Below, in pieces: positions 38,626 through 47,119 of a stretch of 64,000 bases of DNA. Made by a program: the position numbers and the translations under genes. Position 1 is the stretch's first letter, and each line of letters starts with the position of its first letter. The stretch spans positions 311,408 to 375,407 of the forward strand of contig CAVWYR010000002.1 of NCBI GenBank assembly GCA_963759265.1, read 5' to 3'. A model generated the notes under the pieces. It worked only from the letters and a program-made list of their open reading frames with translations. It was not told where the DNA came from and did not search any database. This DNA comes from an uncultured Solirubrobacteraceae bacterium. GTDB taxonomy: Bacteria; Actinomycetota; Thermoleophilia; Solirubrobacterales; Solirubrobacteraceae.

Positions 38626-39633
38626 ATGCGCATCGAGCAGCTCGAATACGCCGCCGCTGTCGCACGCTTTGGCTCCTTTCGCAGGGCTGCCGAAGAGCTG
38701 CACATCTCTCAGCCTGCGCTGAGTGAGACCGTACGCAAGCTGGAGGCCGAGCTCGGCGTCGACCTGCTCGACCGCCAGCGCACCGGTGCGACGATCAGCG
38801 ACGAGGGGCGCGAGCTGCTGCCTCATCTGCTGGATGTGATCGAAGCCGCCAAGCGGCTGCGTTACGCCGCCGATGAGCAGCACAAGAGCAGTCGCATGAT
38901 CCGACTCGGGACCGTCAGCGCCGCCACCTCGCCACTGCTGACCGCTACGATCCGCGCCTTTCGCGATACCCACCCCACGACGCAGGTCGAGGTCCTGCTC
39001 GTGCAGCAGCAGCGCTTGCACCGCCTGCTGCTGGAGGGTGGTCTCGACCTCGGGCTCGTCAACTACCTCGACGGCGACGAGGTCGCCCCCGAGCTGCACA
39101 CCGTCGAGCTGCTGCGCGGCTACCCGGTCGTCTGCATGCACATCGACAGCCCACTCGCTGAGCGTGCGACCGTCAGCCCCACACAGCTCATCAGCGAGCC
39201 GCTCGTCGTGATGCGCTCCGGCTATGCCATGCACCGCTATCTGAACCGGCTGCTTGGCGGCGACGAGCCGTCGTTCTCGTATTCAGCCGACGGAGCCGAG
39301 ATGGGCAAGTTGATGGTCGCCGCCGGGCTCGGGGCCACCGTGCTCCCCAGCTACAGCGTCATCGGGGACCCGCTCGAGCAGCGCGGCGCGATCACCTACC
39401 GCAAGATCGACGGCGACGACACGAGCGTACGGCTCGTCGTCCAGCGCAGACGCGCCGGCTCGCCCACGCTCGCCACGCGAGACCTGCACGGCCTGTTCGT
39501 GCAGGAGGCCTCCGTCTACGCCGCCACCGCCGCCGAGGCGAGCGCAGCCGAGGCGCTCCCGCCACCAGCCGCGAAGCGCGCCCCCCGCGCTCGCGCCAAG
39601 CGTGCCCCTCGCGCGCCCCGCGCGGCCGCGTGA
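38626..39633 (+). CDS. LysR family transcriptional regulator with Ala/Pro/Arg/Lys-rich C-terminal tail
   Basis: MRIEQLEYAAAVARFGSFRRAAEELHISQPALSETVRKLEAELG (HTH), a LysR substrate-binding domain, and the tail ...PPPAAKRAPRARAKRAPRAPRAAA. Confidence 0.88.
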   Translation: MRIEQLEYAAAVARFGSFRRAAEELHISQPALSETVRKLEAELGVDLLDRQRTGATISDEGRELLPHLLDVIEAAKRLRYAADEQHKSSRMIRLGTVSAATSPLLTATIRAFRDTHPTTQVEVLLVQQQRLHRLLLEGGLDLGLVNYLDGDEVAPELHTVELLRGYPVVCMHIDSPLAERATVSPTQLISEPLVVMRSGYAMHRYLNRLLGGDEPSFSYSADGAEMGKLMVAAGLGATVLPSYSVIGDPLEQRGAITYRKIDGDDTSVRLVVQRRRAGSPTLATRDLHGLFVQEASVYAATAAEASAAEALPPPAAKRAPRARAKRAPRAPRAAA

Positions 39634-39759
39634 GACGCGCGCCCCTCGCGCTCGCGTCAAAGGACAGCCCTATCACCTCTTCCAGAATCCCTATTTGACC
39701 ACGGCGCCCGCAGGCACCATCCTCGTCTGCATGAGCACCAACTCAGCGGGACGACCAAC

Positions 39760-41034
39760 ATGAGCTCGCCGTTTCAGTCGCTCGACGAGGCCACCTCGCC
39801 GTTCGATCCGATCGAGGATGCGCTCGCCGACATCCGCGACGGGCGCATGATCGTCGTGTGCGACGGCGAGGATCGCGAGAACGAGGGAGACCTCGTGATG
39901 GCCGCACAGTTCGCGACCCCCGAGGCGATCAACTTCATGGCCGGCGAGGCGCGCGGCCTGATCTGCCTGGCGCTCAGCTCCGAGCGCTGCGACGAGCTCG
40001 GGCTGCGACCGATGACGCGCCGCAACGAGTCCCTTCACGGCACCGCCTTCACCGTCTCGATCGAGTCACGCGAGGGCGTCACGACCGGCATCTCCGCACA
40101 CGACCGCTCGCGCACTGTGCAGACCGCGATCGATCCGCGGCGCGGCGCCGAGGACCTCGTGCAGCCCGGGCACATCTTTCCCCTGCGTGCGCGTCCCGGC
40201 GGCGTGCTCGAGCGCTCCGGACACACCGAGGCATCCGTCGACCTCGCGCGCCTCGCCGGCGTGCTGCCGGCAGGTGTCATCTGCGAGATCCTCAACGACG
40301 ACGGCACCATGGCGCGCGTCGGCGACCTGATCGGATATGCGCGCCGCCATGACCTGAAGATGGTCACCGTCGCCCAGCTGATCGCCTACCGCAGGCAGGC
40401 CGAGAGCCTCGTCGAGCGCGTCGCAAGCGCCCGCCTGCCGACGCGCTTCGGCGTCTTTCGCCTGCACGGCTACCGCTCGCTCGTGGACGGCGGCCAGCAC
40501 CTCGCGCTCGTATACGGCGAGGTCGCAGGCGTCGAGGACGTGCTCGTGCGCGTGCACTCCGAGTGCGTCACCGGCGAGGTGTTCGGCTCGCTGCGCTGCG
40601 ACTGCGGTCCGCAGCTGCACGAGGCGATGCGCCAGATCGCGGCCGACGGCCGCGGCGCGCTTGTCTACCTCGCCCAGGAGGGGCGCGGCATCGGGCTGCT
40701 CAACAAGGTGCGCGCCTACGCGCTACAGGACACCGAGGGCCTCGACACCGTCGATGCCAACCTCGCGCTGGGATTCCCCGCAGACCAACGCGACTTCGGC
40801 ATCGGCGCGCAGATCCTCGCCGATCTCGGGCTCTCGAGCATCCGCCTGCTCACCAACAACCCACGCAAGCTCGTCGGCCTCGAGGGCTACGGCCTCCAGG
40901 TCAGCGGCCAGGTCCCGATCGAGGTCGCGACTCACCCCGAGTCCGAGCCGTACATGCTCTCAAAGGCGCTGCGTCTCGGGCACCGCCTCAGCTCGATCGA
41001 TATCCCGCTCGCACTCGACGCGGACGTCGCATGA
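39760..41034 (+). CDS. ribBA: Bifunctional 3,4-dihydroxy-2-butanone-4-phosphate synthase / GTP cyclohydrolase II
   Basis: [13 protein letters not shown] and [13 protein letters not shown] (DHBP synthase); [24 protein letters not shown] and NPRK (GCH II). 424 aa. Confidence 0.93.
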   Translation: MSSPFQSLDEATSPFDPIEDALADIRDGRMIVVCDGEDRENEGDLVMAAQFATPEAINFMAGEARGLICLALSSERCDELGLRPMTRRNESLHGTAFTVSIESREGVTTGISAHDRSRTVQTAIDPRRGAEDLVQPGHIFPLRARPGGVLERSGHTEASVDLARLAGVLPAGVICEILNDDGTMARVGDLIGYARRHDLKMVTVAQLIAYRRQAESLVERVASARLPTRFGVFRLHGYRSLVDGGQHLALVYGEVAGVEDVLVRVHSECVTGEVFGSLRCDCGPQLHEAMRQIAADGRGALVYLAQEGRGIGLLNKVRAYALQDTEGLDTVDANLALGFPADQRDFGIGAQILADLGLSSIRLLTNNPRKLVGLEGYGLQVSGQVPIEVATHPESEPYMLSKALRLGHRLSSIDIPLALDADVA

Positions 41035-41583
41035 GTGCCGCCAAGCACGACATGCGCGCTGTCATGGGCCACTTCGCCACCGGCGTCTGCGTCGTCAGCG
41101 CGCGCCGCGCGCGACGGCAGCCCCGTCGCCACGACCGTCAACGCCGTCACCTCCGTGTCGCTCGAGCCGCCGCTGCTGCTCGTCTGCCTCGCCCACGACA
41201 GCGAGACGCTCGCCGCGGTCACGGCGTGCTCCCACTTCGCCGTCAGCATCCTCGCCGAAAGCCAGCGCGAGCACTCGATCCGCTTCGCCGCCAAGGGCGA
41301 GAGCGCGCGGCCGCACGAGGTCGAGTTCAGCGAGCACGGCCCCGGCCTGCCGTGCCTGCCGGACGCACTCGCCACCCTCGCCTGCCGCGTGAGCGCGATC
41401 CACGAGGGCGGCGATCACATGATCGTCATCGGCGAGGCGCTCTCGATGTCCAGCCTCGAAAGGGACGCGGCGCCGCTGCTGTTCTTCCGCGGCAGCTACT
41501 CGCGACTCGCGCGCGAGCGCCCCGCGGCGCCCAAGCGCGCGCCGGCGCGCCGGCGGGTGGCCGTGCTCGAACGCGTCAGCTGA
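41031..41583 (+). pseudogene. Flavin reductase (HpaC/Flavin_Reduct family), interrupted by a +1 frameshift near 41097-41112
   Basis: ATG 41031 overlaps the ribBA stop (ATGA) and reads [24 protein letters not shown]. The track ORF 41035..41583 continues ...RAARDGSPVATTVNAVTSVSLEPPLLLVCL.... The span is 553 nt, i.e. 3n+1. Confidence 0.8.
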
Positions 41584-41670
41584 GGTTCGCTCCAGGCACG
41601 CGCCGATCGTCGCCACGCCATGCAAAGTTCATAAAAAACGTCAAAAAACCACGGAAAGGGAAGCCCGCAG

Positions 41671-42843
41671 ATGACAATCGCAACCACGGATCCGCTCAGG
41701 TTCGCCTACTGGGTGCCCAACGTCAGCGGCGGTCTTGTCGTCAGCAAGATCGAGCAACGCACCGACTGGGGCATCGAGTACAACCGCCAGCTCGCCCAGC
41801 TAGCCGAGCAGCGCGGCTTCGAGTACGCGCTCAGCCAGGTCCGCTACATGGCCAGCTACGGCGCCGAGTACCAGCACGAGTCCACCGGCTTCAGCCTCGC
41901 GCTGCTGCTCGCCACCGAGAAACTGAAGGTGATCGCCGCGATCCACCCCGGGCTGTGGCAGCCCGGGGTGTTTGCCAAGCTCGGCGCCTCCGCCGACGTC
42001 ATCTCCGGCGGGCGCTTCGCCGTCAACGTCGTCTCAGGCTGGTTCAAGGGCGAGTTCAACGCGCTCGGCGAGCCGTGGCTCGAGCACGACGAGCGCTACC
42101 GGCGCTCGGAGGAGTTCATCCGCGTGCTCAAGGCGAGCTGGACGCAGGACGAGGCCGAGTTCTCCGGAGACTTCTACAACCTGCACGGCTACTCGCTCAA
42201 ACCCAAGCCGCTGCAGAAGCCGCACCCGCAGATCTTCCAGGGCGGCAACTCGACCGCCGCGCGACAGATGGCAGCGCGCGTTTCCGACTGGTACTTCATG
42301 AACGGCAACTCCTTCGAGGGAGTGCGAGCACAGGTCGAGGAGGTCTCCCAGTACGCCGTCGCCGCGGGACGCAAGCCCGGCAGCGATGTCCGCTTCGGCC
42401 TCAACGCCTTCATCGTCGCCCGCGACAGCGAGGCCGAGGCGCGCGCGGTCGTCGAGGAGATCATCGCCAACGCCGACCGCGAGGCCGTCGAGGGCTTCGG
42501 CGCCGCCGTCAAGCAGGCCGGGCAGTCGACCGGCGACAAGCGCGGCATGTGGCAGGACTCCGAGTTCAAGGACCTGGTCCAGTACAACGACGGCTTTCGC
42601 AGCGGCCTCATCGGCACCCCCGAGCAGGTGGCCCGACGCATCGTCGAGTACCGCAAGCTCGGCGTCGGGCTGATCCTCGCCGGCTTCCTGCATTTCCAAG
42701 AGGAGGTCGACTACTTCGGGCTGAAGGTGCTGCCGATCGTGCGCGAGCTCGAGGCCGAGCTCGGCCTCGAGGCGCAACCGCCGCTCGCCGCCGACGGCGC
42801 GCGCCTGAACGGCAAGCTCCCTGAGCCCACGCTGTCGCGATGA
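41671..42843 (+). CDS. sfnG: FMNH2-dependent dimethylsulfone monooxygenase (LLM class)
   Basis: LRFAYWVPNVSGGLVVSKIEQRTDWGIEYNRQLAQLAE..., VNVVSGWFKGEFNALGEPWLEHDERYRRSEEFI and ARVSDWYFMNGNS are near-colinear with Pseudomonas SfnG as I recall it. Confidence 0.88.
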   Translation: MTIATTDPLRFAYWVPNVSGGLVVSKIEQRTDWGIEYNRQLAQLAEQRGFEYALSQVRYMASYGAEYQHESTGFSLALLLATEKLKVIAAIHPGLWQPGVFAKLGASADVISGGRFAVNVVSGWFKGEFNALGEPWLEHDERYRRSEEFIRVLKASWTQDEAEFSGDFYNLHGYSLKPKPLQKPHPQIFQGGNSTAARQMAARVSDWYFMNGNSFEGVRAQVEEVSQYAVAAGRKPGSDVRFGLNAFIVARDSEAEARAVVEEIIANADREAVEGFGAAVKQAGQSTGDKRGMWQDSEFKDLVQYNDGFRSGLIGTPEQVARRIVEYRKLGVGLILAGFLHFQEEVDYFGLKVLPIVRELEAELGLEAQPPLAADGARLNGKLPEPTLSR

Positions 42844-44060
42844 GCACCCGCGAGCTGCACTCCGCCGCCGCTGCCGACGCGCAGCGGATCGACTCCGACG
42901 AGCACGCGCTCGAGCGGACGCGTGCCGTACGCGCGCAGATCGCCGCCGGCGCCGCCGCGCGCGACCGCCTGCGCGAGCTGCCCGCCGCCGAGATCGAGCT
43001 GCTCTCCCGAGAGGGCCTGCTCGCGATCACCGTGCCGCGCGCACACGGCGGGGCTGAGGTCTCGCTCGAGACGCTCGCGCACGTCGTGAGCGTGCTCGCG
43101 AGCGCCGACCCCAACGTCGCGCAGATCCCGCAGAGCCAGTTCGTCTATCTCGAGCTCGCACGCCAGGTCGGCTCAGCGGCGCAGCAGGAGCTGCTGTTCG
43201 GCGAGGTCCTCGACGGCCGGCGCATCGCCAACGCGCAATCGGAGGCCGGCTCGAAGACCGTCGCCGACATCCGCACCAGCCTGCGAGCACGCCCCGACGG
43301 GAGCTACCTGCTCGAGGGCCAGAAGTTCTACTGCACCGGCTCGCTGCTCGCGCACTGGCTGACCGTGCTCGCCAAGGACGAGGACGGCCGCACGCGCGTC
43401 GCGATCGTCCCCCGCGACGCCGTCGGTGTCAGCGTGCTCGACGACTGGGCGGGCATGGGCCAGCGCACGACCGCGAGCGGGACCGTCAAGCTCGAGCGCG
43501 TGATCGTCCCCCGCGAGATGGTCATCCCGCACCACCGCATGTTCGAACGCCCACAGGTGTATGGGGCGCGCGCGCAGCTGCTGCACACCGCGATCGACGT
43601 CGGCATCGCCGACGGCGCACTCGAGGACGCCGTCGAGTTCGTGCGCACCGCCAGCCGCCCGTGGTTCGAGGCCAACGTCGAGCGCGCGGAGGAAGATCCG
43701 CTGCTGATCCAGCGCGTCGGCGAGCTCGCGATCGGCGTGCGTGCCGCCCAGGCCCTGCTCAGCGACGCGGCGCGCACGATCGACGCGGTAGAACGCGATC
43801 GCGTCGACGAGGCCGGCTCGGCGCGCGCCTCGATCGCCGTCGCGACCGCCAAGGCGTTCGCCGATCGCGTCTGTGTCGAGACCGCCAGCGCTCTTTTCGA
43901 GCTCGCCGGCACCCGCTCGGCGGTCGACGACCTCGACCTCCATCGCCACTGGCGCAACGCTCGCACGCACACGCTCCACGATCCCGTCCGCTGGAAGCTC
44001 CAGCACATCGGCCGCTACACGCTCAACGGGACCTACCCGCCACAGCACGGACAGGTGTGA
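42840..44060 (+). CDS. sfnB: SfnB/MsuC family sulfur-acquisition oxidoreductase (acyl-CoA dehydrogenase fold)
   Basis: 406 aa with GQKFYCTGS, DDWAGMGQRTTASGT and LHRHWRNARTHTLHDP. ATGA overlap with the sfnG stop. Confidence 0.85.
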   Translation: MSTRELHSAAAADAQRIDSDEHALERTRAVRAQIAAGAAARDRLRELPAAEIELLSREGLLAITVPRAHGGAEVSLETLAHVVSVLASADPNVAQIPQSQFVYLELARQVGSAAQQELLFGEVLDGRRIANAQSEAGSKTVADIRTSLRARPDGSYLLEGQKFYCTGSLLAHWLTVLAKDEDGRTRVAIVPRDAVGVSVLDDWAGMGQRTTASGTVKLERVIVPREMVIPHHRMFERPQVYGARAQLLHTAIDVGIADGALEDAVEFVRTASRPWFEANVERAEEDPLLIQRVGELAIGVRAAQALLSDAARTIDAVERDRVDEAGSARASIAVATAKAFADRVCVETASALFELAGTRSAVDDLDLHRHWRNARTHTLHDPVRWKLQHIGRYTLNGTYPPQHGQV

Positions 44061-45250
44061 GCGAACTCGCCTTCCACTGGTTCCTGCCCACGCAGGGCGA
44101 CGGACGCCGGTTGATCGAGCAGGCGCGCCCCACGGGCGTCGCCGGCCGTGCGCGCCCCGCGTCGCTCGGCTATCTGACGCAGGTTGCGCTCGCCGCCGAG
44201 GAACTCGGGTTCGAGGGCGCGCTCACCCCCACCGGGCTGTGGTGCGACGACGCCTGGGTGAGCACCGCGATGCTCAGTCAGAAGACCGAGCGCCTGAAGT
44301 TCATGATCGCCTTTCGGCCCGGCCTCGTCAGCCCGACGCTCGCCGCCCAGATGGCGGCAACGTTCCAGCGACATAGCCGCGGGCGCCTGCTTTTGAACGT
44401 CGTCACCGGCGGCGACGGCGAGGAACAACGGGCCCTCGGCGACGGCCTCGAGAAGAGCGGGCGCTACGCGCGCACGGCTGAGTTCCTGGAGGTCGTGCGC
44501 GAGCTGTGGCACGGCGAGAGCGTCGACTTCGACGGAGAGCACGTGACCGTCGCGGCAGCCCAGCTCGAACAGCTGCCGACCCCGCCACCGCCCGTCTACT
44601 TCGGCGGGTCGTCTCCCCCGGCGCTCGCCGTGGCCGCACGCCTCGTCGACGTCTACCTCAGCTGGGGCGAGCCTCCCACACCACTGCGCGAGAAGCTCGA
44701 CGCGGTCAGCGCGCTGGCCAGCGCCGAAGGACGCGCCCTAGGCCTGGGGATCCGCCTGCACGTCGTCTGTCGCGACAGCGCCAGGGAGGCGTGGCGCGAG
44801 GCCGAGCGCCTGCTCGACGGCATCGACCCGGCGACGATCGAGCAGGTTCAAGAGCGCCTGCGGCGCAGCGAGTCCGAGGGACAGCGCCGGATGATGGCGC
44901 TCCACAACGGCTCGGCCTCGAGCCTCGAGGTCGCGCCCAACCTGTGGGCCGGTGTCGGGCTCGCACGCGGCGGCGCCGGCACAGCGCTCGTCGGCAGCCA
45001 CGCGGAAGTCGCTGCGCGCATCGAGGAGTACGCCGCGCTCGGGATCAGCGAGTTCGTCCTCTCCGGCTACCCGCACCTCGAGGAGGCGTACTGGTTCGGC
45101 GAGGGCGTGCTGCCGATCCTCGCCGAGCATGGGCTGTGGTCGATGCCCGCCGCCGAGCAGCTCTCGCCGGCGCACGCGCCAGAGCCGAGCGTCCCGTTTG
45201 CAGCCAGCGCACAGACGCAATCGGCGAGGGCGCTCGAGCTGCGGCGCTAA
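44057..45250 (+). CDS. ssuD: FMNH2-dependent alkanesulfonate/methanesulfonate monooxygenase (SsuD/MsuD)
   Basis: FHWFLPTQGDGR, LKFMIAFRPG, YFGGSS, GIRLHVVCRDS..EAW, SLEVAPNLWAGVGLARGGAGTALVGS and FVLSGYPHLEEAY align along the whole length with E. coli SsuD. The GTG start overlaps the sfnB stop (GTGA). Confidence 0.9.
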   Translation: MSELAFHWFLPTQGDGRRLIEQARPTGVAGRARPASLGYLTQVALAAEELGFEGALTPTGLWCDDAWVSTAMLSQKTERLKFMIAFRPGLVSPTLAAQMAATFQRHSRGRLLLNVVTGGDGEEQRALGDGLEKSGRYARTAEFLEVVRELWHGESVDFDGEHVTVAAAQLEQLPTPPPPVYFGGSSPPALAVAARLVDVYLSWGEPPTPLREKLDAVSALASAEGRALGLGIRLHVVCRDSAREAWREAERLLDGIDPATIEQVQERLRRSESEGQRRMMALHNGSASSLEVAPNLWAGVGLARGGAGTALVGSHAEVAARIEEYAALGISEFVLSGYPHLEEAYWFGEGVLPILAEHGLWSMPAAEQLSPAHAPEPSVPFAASAQTQSARALELRR

Positions 45251-45259
45251 TCTCCGCGC

Positions 45260-46408
45260 ATGAGCGTATCGACGGCCGCGGCCACGGAGGCGATGGCCGT
45301 GGCCGCCGCATCTGACCTGGAGGCGCTGGTCGCGATCTCCAGCCCCTCGGGCGACGCAGACGGCGCGCAGGCCGCGCTGGCGCTGTGCGCCCAGCGACTC
45401 CCCGCAGCGGCCACGATCGAACGGGTCCCCTGCTCCTCGCCCGGGCACGTCGATGACCTGATCGCGCGCGTGAGCGGCTCGGGATCCGGGCGGGTTCTGC
45501 TGCTCGGCCATGTCGATACGGTGATCGCGCACGCCGAGCACACGCCGCTGCTGCGCGATGGCGAGCGCTGGCTCGGCTCGGGGAGCGTCGACATGAAGGG
45601 CGGCGTCGCGCTCGCGCTCGCGCTCGCACGCCGTCTCGCGGAGCGACCCGATGGCTTCGCCGAGCTAGGTGTGCTCCTCGTCGTCGACGAGGAGTGGCGC
45701 CTGGAGCCGTTCGCTCACGTCGATCGCTTCGCCGGCTACGACGCCTGCCTGTGCTTCGAGGCGGGCGAGCGCACGCCCGCGAGACAGGAGGGTGTGGTCG
45801 TCAGGCGCAAGGCCGCTGGCACGCTGCGCGTGACGGCACATGGGCGTGCCGCACACGCCGGCTCAAATCCCGACGCCGGGGCGAATGCGCTGCTCGCCCT
45901 GGCCGAGGCCGCGCGCGCCGCCGCGGCGCTGCACGAGCCGCGCGGGACGCAGGCGCTGAGCGTGGTCCCCACCAGAATCCGCGCCGGTGCGGCGGTCAAC
46001 GTGGTCCCCGCCGAGGGCGAGCTGATCGTGGACATGCGTGCCACGAGCGAGCGATCGTTCGCCGCCGTCATGCAAGCGATCCGCGAGTCCGCGCAGACGG
46101 CGCGGCTGGAGGTCGAGCTGATTCGCTGCTGGCCGGGGATGGACACCAGTGAGGCGAGCAGCGACCTGCTCGAGGCGGCGGGCGCCCGCGTCGGCTATCA
46201 GATCGTCGGCGTCGCCCGAGGCGGAGCCAGCGACGCCAGCCACTTCGCGAGCGCTATCCCGCTCACGATCGACGGCCTCGGGCCACGTGGCGGCCACGCC
46301 CACTCCCCCGAGGAGTACGTGTATGCGCCGTCGTTGCGCGAGCGCGCCGAGCTCGCGCTCGCGATCGCGGAGGAGTTGCTTGCGCAATGTGCGCAGCCCC
46401 AGCCGTGA
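45260..46408 (+). CDS. M20 family metallopeptidase (glutamate carboxypeptidase-like)
   Basis: LLLGHVDTV, GSGSVDMKGG, VDEE and GGASDAS. 382 aa. Confidence 0.82.
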   Translation: MSVSTAAATEAMAVAAASDLEALVAISSPSGDADGAQAALALCAQRLPAAATIERVPCSSPGHVDDLIARVSGSGSGRVLLLGHVDTVIAHAEHTPLLRDGERWLGSGSVDMKGGVALALALARRLAERPDGFAELGVLLVVDEEWRLEPFAHVDRFAGYDACLCFEAGERTPARQEGVVVRRKAAGTLRVTAHGRAAHAGSNPDAGANALLALAEAARAAAALHEPRGTQALSVVPTRIRAGAAVNVVPAEGELIVDMRATSERSFAAVMQAIRESAQTARLEVELIRCWPGMDTSEASSDLLEAAGARVGYQIVGVARGGASDASHFASAIPLTIDGLGPRGGHAHSPEEYVYAPSLRERAELALAIAEELLAQCAQPQP

Positions 46409-47037
46409 AGTCTCAGCGATCGCTTCCGCGCTCGATCCTCGAGCTGGTCGTGATCGTCGCCGCAGCGCTCGCGCTGGCGCTCGCCGTCGAGGCGGTCGTC
46501 GTCAAGCCATACCGGATCCCGAGCGGCTCGATGGAGCCGACGCTCGCGATCGGGCAACGTGTCCTGGTCAACCGCATCGGCATGAGCTTCGCCGGCCCGC
46601 ACGTCGGCGAGATCGCTGTGTTTCACCCGCCGCAAGGCGCCAGGAGCCAGCAGTGCGGGCCGACACCGCACTCGGTGCTGATCGGTGGCGCGCCGTGCTC
46701 GCAGCCGATCCCAAGGGAGTCGGGCGAAAACTTCATCAAGCGCATCGTCGCCGGCCCCGGCGACGAGATCTATGTCAAGGAAGGACACGTGTTCCGCAAG
46801 CCCTCCGGCGGGAAGTCGTTCGCCGAGGAGCAGGCGCCCTACAGCAAAGCCTGCGGCTCGAGCCCGGAGTGCAACTTCACCACGCCGATCAAGATCCCCG
46901 CCGGGCACTGGTTCATGATGGGCGATAATCGCGGTGACTCCGACGACAGCCGCTTCTGGGGCCCGGTGCCAACCGGCTGGATCATCGGACAGGCAATCGC
47001 AACCTACTGGCCACCCGACCGCATCGGCATCTTCTAG
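46387..47037 (+). CDS. lepB: Signal peptidase I
   Basis: IPSGSMEPTL (catalytic Ser), FIKRIVAGPGD (Lys box) and MGDNRGDSDDSRFWG. The alternative GTG 46405 would give a GTGA overlap with the M20 stop. Confidence 0.88.
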   Translation: MCAAPAVKSQRSLPRSILELVVIVAAALALALAVEAVVVKPYRIPSGSMEPTLAIGQRVLVNRIGMSFAGPHVGEIAVFHPPQGARSQQCGPTPHSVLIGGAPCSQPIPRESGENFIKRIVAGPGDEIYVKEGHVFRKPSGGKSFAEEQAPYSKACGSSPECNFTTPIKIPAGHWFMMGDNRGDSDDSRFWGPVPTGWIIGQAIATYWPPDRIGIF

Positions 47038-47119
47038 CGCGCGGCGGTCGCGTGCCGCACGCGCCGCCGAGCGGCATTCGCGACGGGAGAGTCGCCGACG
47101 AAGTGATAGGAACCTGACC

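Noticed and set aside
39634-39759. An FMN (RFN) riboswitch, expected upstream of ribBA.
   Set aside because: I could not find the conserved RFN core strings (AGGGCGGG/GGTGAAATTCC-like and GACAGT...GGATG elements) in the 126-nt leader. A covariance-model scan is still needed to be certain.
41584-41670. A sigma-54 promoter upstream of sfnG, as in Pseudomonas sfn genes.
   Set aside because: The only GGCAC-like string (CAGGCACGCGCCGATCG) lacks the TGGCAC-N5-TTGC spacing and the TTGC element, and no sigma-54 activator such as SfnR is encoded nearby. The A-rich tract is more likely a conventional promoter/UTR.
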